DNA of 64,000 nt from the NCBI RefSeq assembly GCF_000150275.1, contig NW_002060946.1, positions 3,739,454 to 3,803,453 of the forward strand, read 5' to 3'. The notes beneath the pieces are model-generated. The model saw only the letters and a list, made by a program, of their open reading frames with translations. It had not been told where the DNA came from and did no database searches. Position numbers and translations under genes: made by a program. Shown piece by piece: positions 24,194-35,557 of this stretch. Source of the DNA: Trichoplax adhaerens (Eukaryota; Animalia; Placozoa). Each line of letters starts with the position of its first letter. The first letter of the stretch is position 1.

Positions 24194-27100
24194 TTAATCT
24201 TCGTCATTAGTATCGTCGGCAATATCATATATTGTATCATCTAGTTCAAATGAGTCCTGCTTTGTGCTATTTAAAACAATATAACTATCAGCACATGGGT
24301 ATTGTTCTACCATATTTGAACGTATTTTCTTTGTATCTTCACATTCGTCTCTATGAAGTGCAGCATATACTTGTAATTCATTTAAGTTATAAACGTTACA
24401 AACACAAAAGCTAGCCATTAGCGATAAACATATTTGATCCTTAGCCTCTAGTCGGCGCTTGTACGCTGTGTTGCCGACCCAGGTAAAGCTAGCTGTTAGA
24501 CCAAAAGCTGTTGCTGCATCTCCAATTATAGTGTTTAAATTTTCTTCGGATTTTGATTTAGTTGAACTAAATTTTAAGACATGAAAAATAAGTATGTATA
24601 CTCTTGGGCCAGTCAACACTATAATGTATATACGACATAAATTATATCGAACTAACGTCTTATCCTTAGCTTTCGCTAAATTAATAAAGATATCCAGCGG
24701 CTCATCTCTACAATTTTGCAATATTAAGGTCACAGGGATAATACATAGCCTAATAAAAATCAATCACTACATTTCAGAATATCCATTACTACGATACATG
24801 ATGGCAAATAAGCAACGTTATGTAGTTGTATTGATATACCCTCACTACATATCTATTATACCTTTTATTATGAAAGTCATGGTATACACTGGAAGGATGA
24901 CGAAGTTTATATTTGACCATTCTTTTGCGGAATTCATCCGCACTTTTAACTGACGGAGGGGTAGACGGCGCTAAATGTGCTGGGAGTGGTGGTCGACCAG
25001 GTGGCTATTCAGATAAAAGAAATCTTATAAGTTCAATCACTTTTTTAATAGTAATATCGCATTGAATCAACCTACTTTACTGCCTGGCTTTGGTTTTTCC
25101 ATACTTCCAGTTGCTATTCGCTTACGCTTTTCAGGTTCTTTTTGATTTACTGCCTCCTGTTTCGGCTTATCTTTATCATCATTTAGTGGTATAATGGTAG
25201 TTACAGGCACATGATGCTGACCAGTGATGGTTCGTCGAATACCGTCTACTTCGATATCAGACTTTAAATAGAATATAATGCTATAATAAAATCTGGCATA
25301 ATGTAATTTGCATAACAAGCGTAGATAAAGTAAATTTACCTCCCAAATTATGACTAAACCTAGTCGTATGTCAAATTTTTTTGACATTCTGCGACTACCA
25401 GTACCGGCTAATAATTTTTCGTTTTGATTAAACGATTTAACGGAAGGCTTATTAATATTCGGCATCAATGCATACCAACATCCAGAACGGAAGAAGAAAT
25501 CGCTACATGGAGTAGACGAACTGTCCAACTTTAAAGATAAGAACATGCATGATATTATTGTAGCTGATAGTAATCAATAAAATTTCCGAAAATTTAGTTC
25601 GAATTAGAGTAATAAACCTACCTCGATATCATCTTTTAAAGATATGTTACTAAATAGGACCTGAATATCTTGGCAATCTTCATCATCAATAAAGCCTATT
25701 AAGATTATACAATATGTGTAAATATGTCAACTAATGCTACTTGATGCGTATTTTCAATTATCGAATCTAGTTAAACATTTTTACCGTACCAGGATTCGAA
25801 TTACGAGCTTTAAAGCATAATAGTACTTTCTCTTTGGGAGTCACTGTGATATCTATTAAATTAACATATCATATAAACAATGTTTCAGCGGCATAGAAAG
25901 TCATTTTATATTCGCTAGCTATACTGTACTAGCACTTATGAAATACTGAGATACCACAATTTATTATTAATTCAGCTACCTTTATGATATGGCTGAATAG
26001 GGTAAATTGTCCAGTGGGGGCTTACAGATGATACTTGCATGATTCGGAAACTAAGCATTGTTGACTTTACACGCTGTAACTACAGTCATTCATATTAGTA
26101 AATTAAACATCTTTAATTAAATTCTTGAAAGTTATTAAAAATGTATACCTACCTGGTATAAATTTTCAATATTCAACGATACAATAGCCTGATTGAGATC
26201 AATTCTAAAGTAGAGATTACAACAGTTATAGCCAATGATTTTATTTTCTTGAATATTGAAAAAGATACTTCAAAAATAACCTGTCACTGACGCCAAGTTC
26301 ATTTTCAGTATCGCCTTGGTAAGTGTTGCAGGCACTGGCCGTAATATTTAACGAAGAAGATATACTAACTAATGACACATGCTTAAGTATCCGATACCTA
26401 GTGCGATACATTTATGAAATCAGTCAAAAAAGTTTTGAAAAGCAAGCATTATAAACATTTACAATTGTAAATTACCCTAGTCGAGGATGGGGCTCTAACG
26501 GCTCATAGTAAAACAAAAAGTCTATTTCCTGAACCCCTGGAATAGCACTTCCTATAATCCATAACGGTAATTTTACCGAACATCCAGAAACCAATTTTGA
26601 TTCTGGTAATGGGACTGCGATCACGTTAGTAATCTTTTTAGCTTTATTATGGCGAGTATGATATTTTATAACCGGAACTTTACTGTAAACGGTATCATTT
26701 TCCGACCAGTTATCTGGCTTATCGTCGCTAAAAGAGAATAATTCCGGGTATGATGAGGCAACATATAGATTATGTAAAGGACCACTACCAGTGTTGCAAA
26801 GCTCTACTGTGACTTGTTGAATTTCTCCACAAAGTAATCTCGATGGAAAGTTACAGAAGCTAACCTAGAGTTATTTACTGAGTTATTAGAAATAATTATA
26901 AAATCCTTAAGAATAATTTACATATATTACCTCCAATAACGGCGCTGGAGCAACAACATTAAGATGTAATCGATTATCTGTTGCATAGACTACATTGAAG
27001 CGCTCATTCTCAGTATTATTTAGTCGATTGCCAACAGGCCTTAGTTCTTGCTTGCCACATACACCGACACTACCCGTCATACGCTTTCCGGAACTGTCGA

Positions 27101-30100
27101 GTGCAAAAGAGTAATTGCTTAAGCGATATGTAATAGCACTAATTTCCAGCTCTCCAATCTTTAATGGACGAATGTACAGTTGAATCTGGGATATTAAAAA
27201 TAGTATGTTAACATTGTGAAATATGGCTTTAAATAGCGGACAAATTACGTTTTAATTTACCGATTTTTCTTCGTTCTGAGCAAGCACAAAACTATCGATT
27301 ACTTCGCTTTCAACAAAATTGTCATACTCCGTTGTATTCTAAATACCATTTACAATTCTTATTAATACTATTTCACCTAATGATGTAAACAATCGAAAAG
27401 AGTTACCTCGTTACTGATAATTTTATTTTCTCCAAAAGTATCAGAATCGGTTTTACTAATGTGTCGCCAAATCAGTGTAACATCGCCAAGAAATAATGAA
27501 ATTTTCAATGGGTTTTTGATAACAATTTCTACGACGATATATTCTGAATATGAAATGAAAGTAAGACTAAAGTAAATACAAATTCGTAACGTTTTGCTTT
27601 GTACAGTATATTGTATATTCTATATTCATGAAAAAATAAATTTTATATTAAGCCAACCTCCCACAACTGCTGCTGGTTTATAACTGTTGTTAGTTTTCGA
27701 GCTAAAAAGTTGAATACTTGGTCTAAAGTTTGCCAATGAATGTTTATCGCGCTTTGTTTTCCCAAATACTACAGCTTCTTCCAATGATGCCCAACTTTTA
27801 GCACGTAATGGATCAAAACGTTGAGTTAACGTTACCGATGATGCACGGACGATGTCGGTTTCATCTTTTCTATCTCCTAGAGTATGAGATGAAATTGATA
27901 AAAGTAATCAGATTCCTATGTGCATTTCAAACTTGAAAGCAACTAGTACTTAAGATGCATTGTAAGCCAATAAAAGCATACGGACAAAAAAATTACCTTG
28001 TGTAATACATTCCTCTTTAGAGTTTGTCAATAAAACCCTTGTTGAATTTTGTATAATAATTGGAAGAGGAAGAATTGGAAGTGGTGCACGCGTAGGAGGT
28101 GCTTGTACATCAGGTACAAGGCTATTGAATTCATTATACTTTTCGACTTGTGTTAAGTATTGCTATTTGATAGAAATAGTGAGTTAATCGAAAGTTAATG
28201 ACTTACAGAAAACAACTTTCGATCGTAAAAAACGCATCAATTAAGCAATAATATTATTGTAATGTACCTTATACACATTTAAAAACTCTCGTAGGAATAA
28301 ATTTTGTTGATTTGCTGGTTGTAAACATTTATGACTAAATAAACTCCTAAATGCTTCAAGAGCATTGGACAGATCTCGAAGGGTATATGAATGTCGGCCA
28401 ATGGTAAAATTGATATGATCCTAATAAATTATCAAGGGTAAGGGATTCAGCTATGGCATAAATTTACGAATCTTTTCCAGCCATTTACACATACAAGTAT
28501 TGATCTATGTACGGTACCTCCGCTAGGTGCCATGCTTTCTTTTTATAGGTCTGTAAAGCCAACTTGTAACAACTCAAGGCATGTGTTCTCTAAATTCGGA
28601 GGTAATACTATTAAGACAGATCAAGATCTACAAGAGATAAAATTAAAAGGTATGTATACTCACTTGGCCAGATTTACTGAATCTATGACCAGCTAGAATT
28701 AAGTGAAAAGCACACTTTCTTTTCATGGGTGGTTTAGCTAGGTTAAAACAGTAGGCGGCTTGCTCTAGTAGAAGTGAACTACGAAGATCGAAATCCTATC
28801 ATAGAAACACACGTACGCAATTTATTATCTTACAAATCCAACTATTACAATTTAATAATAGTAATTGCAATCATACATCATTAAGCATTACCTCACTAGT
28901 TACTCTTATATATGCTTGAGCTGCATCGTTATTCAATCCCTTAGCTTTCATAATTTCAGTACTTAGGAAAGTGCAACGTGTTGCATACAAAGGAAGTCTA
29001 TGGCGAAAAGAATTTAATGCATTTCATTGTTACTATGGCTCTACATCGATGATATTATACATGCATGCATCCATAATAAACTAGGTACAGTATCTTACTT
29101 GCAAGTACTTAGGTAAGTGCCTATAGCACTCTCCATGTAATGCATTGGATAAGGCTTTTGTGCAGAATTTAGCATAAAATTTGATACAGCCGCCATTTCC
29201 TGTTCAACATAATAGCCGTATCAACAAATTATCTTTCTGGCACGATTAAAGAGAATTTTTTTATTTTTTATTTTAACACGCTAGTTCATACCGCTACTCC
29301 AGCAAATTGCAGCCAAGCATGATCGGTATGGAATTCTTTTTTTGCAGAATGATAAAATGTATAGGCAAGATCGTAATGTTGGAGCAAAAACGCAAGATCA
29401 GCGAGACGTCTCATTTGCATTTCATGTGAATCACCAGCGTATCTATAATTAATCAATTAGTGAAATTAATATATTGCGCGAATACTGTTGTCTAATTACG
29501 AATTGATAAGAAAAGGGTACATACGCTACTTCCGGTAGTCCAGACTGACTATTAGTACTTGCAGTTGGCTTGTTGCCACCAAACCACTTTTTCGTAACGC
29601 TAAAAAATTTACCATGTAATCCTTTCCGGGCATTGACCTAGTCAAAACGCGATGGACGTTAATAGCAAGTAGTATATATTTATGAGTATTATCAATTTAG
29701 GATACGGTATGAATCTATTACCTGTTCATACAATGTTCGAAGCATGTATTCAAGATATGGGTATAAGCCTCTGACAATAAAATCGTGTATAAAATTGCGC
29801 AGTCTATCATGATCACTTAAAGTTAAGCAGATTCCATATTTAGTTCTATCGGCATCCGCTGCTACTCCATCAAGTTGATATTGATCACCAGCTAAATGCT
29901 CATTAGAATTGGTCATTTCACTGTCAGTGGACAGAGACGATCCCAATACTGAGAGAGTTGGCGGTCGCTTTAATTCTTTGATTATTGGCGATTGCTTACC
30001 AGGTAGAATATTTGAATTAGAAGTATCAAGTGGTTCAAGTGACTATATTGAATCAAAATTAAAATTAATTAGGTTCATTAATCACCTTGAAAAGGGAATT

Positions 30101-32045
30101 AAAAATTTAGTAAGACATTTTTTTCGACTTATGTAATCATCATTACCAGCTTATCATGCATATATTGACTCCATGGGTCAGGAACATTAACTGAATTTCC
30201 CATGTTGTCATTTTCATTATGTTGTTTTGTGTTAATTTTAAGAAAATGACAGGAGTTAACTCCGTAGGCAGCACGTAAACTCTCCCAAAGAGCTTCAGCT
30301 CTAAAATTTAATAAATAGAATATAATAAGAATGAGCGACGGCTTTTATACTTGTCACTTTCTTTAGTAAGGGAGATCATTGAATACGATGTTATTTCATT
30401 TTATAATATCCGTACTTTTGATCGTCACCATTAGCACAATCATGGATTAATACGAAATAGTGCAAAGTACTGGGGAAAAACCATTTGGGTTGGCTACTTT
30501 GCTTTTGTCGTTGCATCTGATCAGCCACCATTTTTCTGTAAGCTTCCATGGCATCAGGATTAGACGAGGATACCACAATCATACCTATGATAGCATTTTA
30601 TTGTAGCTAAGGAACGCTACTTAGTACATGTTAATTTGTATTTTAGCTAGTCAGCAAGTACATAAAGTAAACTTGGGTAACGATTGTCCATATTAGAAGT
30701 GCATCATTCGGACGTTTTGGATTCTTTCTACGGGTATTTAAAAGCTACTATGGACCGGTATCTGAAGTACTGTCTCTCGATATATACACGAATTCTAGGA
30801 TACAAGCAATAAAGTTGCGGATAAATTCATGATCAGATAATGGTAAATACTGAAAGAAATAATCCCGGTAGGCATCGAACCAAGGAGCTCTTCCTAAAAA
30901 GATATCATGATGGAAGATATTATAAATTGCAGTTGGAATAATATGGATGATAAGATCAGTACAAGGTTTAGGCTATTAAAATGAGCCATTATGGCCGTAA
31001 TCTTATTATGACTACTTTCTATATTAAAAGAGTTATAAAATGAATATTAATCATCCATGTAGAGCGTTCAAAATCTCTTCTTCTGACTAATTTCTAGCTC
31101 AGTAAGTCATGTAACAAGCACACAAGTGAAATCAAGAAGAGGCAATAACATCTCAAGCCAACTCATGTTGATAATGATGCAGACATGCTGATTAAAAAAC
31201 AAAGTACAGTATTCTAAAGATGTTTCAAATCAACATGAATGCAACGGATTACGGGCGATGAAGTGTTTACCTCTAACATAGTGACTAATTGAAATGCAAT
31301 AAAATTTCACTAATGACGACGACTTGGAAGTTATGGAGAGATAGGCTATCCTAGAGAATCTGTACACGTCAAGATTTTTAGGTACAGGGTCTATAGGGCA
31401 TCCATTCAAGCATAATGATTTGAGTTTCGTTACTCAATACACGCACATAATATAGTCTATTGTATAAGAACTGGTAAGCCAAGTAGACAGTATGGTGGTG
31501 TATTCTGTCATCTGCTGCAATTTTTTACACTGTAAAGAGGCTATTTTGCTACAAGGTGGATATCTTGAAGAAATCACTGTCGACATGTTTTGACTACTAA
31601 CCTATTGATTCAGTAGAAGGTGGATGCCTACTGACTGCATCGCTCATCATTTTGCGGGCCATAGCAGATGGAACAAATTGGTTGGAAAAGTACATTATTC
31701 GGAAATTGGGATTCCTGACGACATGTAACAAATTGGATGGATCTTTTATCCTGCCTATAATCGACAACGATAGAATAACTATAAGTCTATTGGATTGGAT
31801 AGGATTCTATCCATGTGATCATTGGCATGATTAAAAAGTTATCCATAATGCTGTATCGGGTTAGTATCATGATGAAGAAATAGGATTATACCTTCCAATG
31901 TTGGCTTGCAAAATGGTCTCAATAAATCGACGAAAGATAAATTGTTTTTACGACACACGGCTTCGGCGTCATCGCTGCACATAGCAGCGATGTGAAAAGG
32001 GAAAGCCGATTGTATAATTTCGTAAGCACTTTGAGTTGAAACCAT
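24194..32045 (-). CDS. TRAPPC8: Trafficking protein particle complex subunit 8 (Trs85 orthologue), multi-exon
   Basis: N-terminus MVSTQSAYEIIQSAF...AEAVCRKNNLSFVDLLRPF; motifs PWFDAYRDYF..SDHEF, PKWFFPSTLHYFVLIHD, CLTLSDHDRLRNFIHDFIVRGL, QMRRLADLAFLLQHY, RSSLLLEQAAYCF, MKRKCAFHLILAGHRF, GQHHV; last exon SFTWVGNTAYKRRL...DED, TAA at 24196-24194. Not every internal exon boundary was resolved. Confidence 0.94.
30585..30803 (-). other. Probable U12-type GT-AG intron in TRAPPC8
   Basis: 5' splice site GTATCCTA (30803-30796); branch-point-like TTCCTTAGC (30614-30606) about 20 nt before the AG at 30586-30585. Removal joins FIA-C-MIVV in phase 1. Confidence 0.7.
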
Positions 32046-32956
32046 TTTCCTACTTGGATCTATTCACATCAACTTATAATACTCAATTAGTTGGATGGAA
32101 TCATTAAAAATGTCTACCACTGCGACATGGTCCAATAATCATCAGAGGCCATCTTCTGGAAAGAACTATCGCACAGGTAGAGAAATCAGCGTGAGTGCGC
32201 ATACTCGCTGTCATGCTCAGTCTGCTCCTACCCTAATAATAGAGTTGGAGATGATGGTGGATTGCAAATCCATCTTGAAGACGCCAGTGTTGTTATACAC
32301 TGTCGTATCTAGTCCAGTAGTCCATGAAACAGTATACTACATATAGGCAGTCCTAGTCTGCTAGAGAAATCATTGCAGCCCCCAAAGTTTGGAGGAGGTA
32401 AATTATTGATTTCTGGAGGAGTCTTTGCACTATCTTGATAGTTTTATGGACGTAGCACTAGTGTGCAAGAGATTGCAGGCCTAATGCAGCGCTCTGATCG
32501 TACTGTACAGACATAGATGATGGTGTAAGGCCTTTGAAATAGATTTTACCTCCGTCAATACTTCCCCTTTGCGACTGTATTTTGACTGACAGTGATCATT
32601 TTAGTGCTAGTTTCCTAACTGTTCTAGGCATGCATTTCGATTTTCCTCTTCTTTACAGTTCCAATAGGAATGTTCTCATGCAGTCATCATCATTTGTGCA
32701 ACCTACTGATGGCTTGATCACTGTCTACACTAGCGATCACTTTATTTCGTTGTACAGTAGGACGATTGCCAATATACACTACTGTGTTGTATAGGCATTA
32801 AGACCTATAGTATACGGTGGTAAACAGTTTAAGGTAGACGTATGATGTCAGACTGCTACTGCATACTATACTGTAGTAGGTTTACTGTATCGCTTCCGTT
32901 TGTTACTCAAAATAAATCACTGCTACTCCAAAGCCACAGATTATTTATTTTAAATC

Positions 32957-33860
32957 TTGTTCTTGATGAACGAGTTTTAGCGTAGTCTATCCGCTTAATC
33001 ACTTTGTTCATACCATCATCAATCAGAGTCCAAATTAAAATATTTTGATCGGTTTTATTCTTGTTCTTGATGAACGAGTTTTAACGTAGTCTATCCGCTT
33101 AATCACTTTGTTTATACCATCATCAGAGTCCAAATTAAAATATTTTGATCGGTTTTATTCTTGTTCTTGATGAACGAGTTTTAACGTAGTCTATCCGCTT
33201 AATCACTTTGTTCATACCATCATCAGAGTCCAAATTAAAATATTTTGATCGATTTTATTCTTGTTCTTGATGAACGAGTTTTAACGTAGTCTATCCGCTT
33301 AATCACTTTGTTTATACCATCATCAGAGTCCAAATTAAAATATTTTGATCGATTTTATTCTTGTTCTTGATGAACGAGTCTTAAGTCCGCTTAATCACTT
33401 TGTTCATACCATCATCAATCAGAGTCCAAATTAAAATATTTTGATCGATTTTATTCTTGTTCTTGATGAACGAGTTTTAACGTAGTCTATCCGCTTAATC
33501 ACTTTGTTCATACCATCATCAGAGTCCAAATTAAAATATTTTGATCGATTTTATTCTTGTTCTTGATGAACGAGTTTTAACGTAGTCTATCCGCTTAATC
33601 ACTTTGTTCATACCATCATCAATCAGAGTCCAAATTAAAATATTTTGATCGGTTTTATTCTTGTTCTTGATGAACAAGTTTTAACGTAGTCTATCCGCTT
33701 AATCACTTTGTTTATACCATCATCAGAGTCCAAATTAAAATATTTTGATCGATTTTATTCTTGTTCTTGATGAACGAGTCTGTATAGTCCGCTTAATCAC
33801 TTTGTTCATACCATCATCAATCAGAGTCCAAATTAAAATATTTTGATCGATTTTATTCTT
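32957..33860. repeat. Tandem array of 9 units of 96-104 bp (mode 100 bp)
   Basis: Unit TTGTTCTTGATGAACGAGTTTTAACGTAGTCTATCCGCTTAATCACTTTGTT(C/T)ATACCATCATC(AATC)AGAGTCCAAATTAAAATATTTTGATCG(A/G)TTTTATTC starts at 32957, 33061, 33161, 33261, 33361, 33457, 33557, 33661 and 33761. Confidence 0.97.
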
Positions 33861-34420
33861 TCCATGCTGTTCTTCAATGAGACGATCATTATAGGATTGC
33901 CCTATGCATGACACAATCACAATATTAATCCACCGTCCATCACTGTCCAGCTGAAATGTCTTCACGTCCAATGCTATAGTACGAATAGATCGTTCTTCCT
34001 ACTGAAAGATACGATCATTCATAACAGGATCAGAGTAGAAATAGAAGTGTCTTCACTTGCTATGTTTTCTTTCCATGTCGTTCTACTTACTGAAAGATAC
34101 GCTCACCATAATAATAAAATACAATCCCTATTTATAATAATACGATCCCACCCATTTTGCATGACACAATCACCACATTAAATACTACCATCCATCATCG
34201 TATCATAGTACAAATAAAAATGTCTTCACTTGCTATTCCATCTTTCTACTTAAAGGATCATCCTACTTGCATGACACAATTACTATATTAAACACCATCA
34301 TCCATCATAATAGAAATGAAAATGTCTTGACTGAAATAGACACGTACGGATAATACTGTAATTATAATTAGAATTCCAACACCACCAGCCATCATCATTA
34401 GAAATCAAATATCATTTTGG
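33860..34420. repeat. Older, degenerate repeat layer adjoining the 100-bp array
   Basis: GCATGACACAAT at 33906, 34159, 34269; TGTCTTCAC/TGTCTTGA at ~33957, ~34047, ~34221, ~34323; TACTGAAAGATACG at ~34000 and ~34088; recurrent CCATC runs. Confidence 0.7.
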
Positions 34421-35557
34421 CATATTTCATAATACTGGATGCTATTATTGCTACTAAAACATCACCCAAGCTTAATTACTAACCAATCAAAATGAAAATA
34501 TCTGGGTATTTTATTATTTTCACCTAGGAAGGATTGTACAATTTATCCTATTAATATTATTGTACCTAATCATATAAATATGGTGTTGATAAGGTGATCG
34601 ATTGACTATTGTCATTCTGGATGAGATTGAAAAAAAATTGCTAATCTTCATCATACGAGTATAGATATCACCACCATGATTTTACTAATAGAAATGCTCT
34701 ACACTAGCAATAAAATCAATTTCGATCCTGCTAACTCTACACTATCGATGATGGTCCGCAAGTTATGCCATTGTATATATGCACATATTGAGGAGTAGTA
34801 GAGAATGCATAAATTAGCAGTATGGTGGTATTATTGTTATTGATCATTGGCAATTTCGAATGTCGTTATTATATTTTCTCCACTCAAACAACAGTTTACA
34901 GTCCTAGTGTACTCATCAAAAATCTGACAAGAGTTCCCACCTGCTTGGATAATAAGCTGCATAATGATACAGTAGCTGTGAAATTATAGTTCTAAAACTT
35001 CTAATATAAAAACTCCTACAGTGTTATTAATATGCCTATCACAACGATACTGTATCCTACTAAGATCATGTCTGCCTATTTTACACCTACTACGCAATAC
35101 TAATACACTACTAGAAGAAGTCAATTTAGTCACGCTGTTGTTCTTTATTTAGCCTTCGAACTCCTTCCTACCGATGACCATTCCAAGTCAACAATTCTTT
35201 TCGTTTTATTAATGTGATACACTCGAATTGAATTTTACCGACCTATTTATCCAAGTGATTTTACCCTTGCTGGCTAGCCAACTTGTCACAATTGATTAAG
35301 CGATACGAGTCATGGTGCAATATTAACCCTACAACAGTTTTTTCTTCGTCGATTGTCGACAACATCATGTTGAATTAATACCAATCAAACATTAATGAAC
35401 TGATAAAAGGCAGAGGTGTTACTAGTGAACTTGAAAGAAAAAAGTATACAGTAGTATTGCTACCATTTCGACGTCTAACACAGTACGGTAAAGAGAAAAC
35501 TTCTGAATTCTAGAAAGAAAGTAATTAGACAAGGAATCGATTGCCCAGTCAATCAAC

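Noticed and set aside
32957-33860. CRISPR-like array
   Set aside because: The units are near-identical along their whole length with no unique spacers, there are no cas genes, and the context is eukaryotic.
32957-33860. Hammerhead-ribozyme (retrozyme) satellite, because CTGATGA occurs on the minus strand of several units
   Set aside because: No stem II followed by GAAA and no stem III/NUH could be built, and CTGATGA is disrupted in units carrying the AATC insertion.
33735-33971. 78-aa ORF on the minus strand
   Set aside because: It lies in repeat sequence; the unit lengths mostly break frame and the older copies contain stops.
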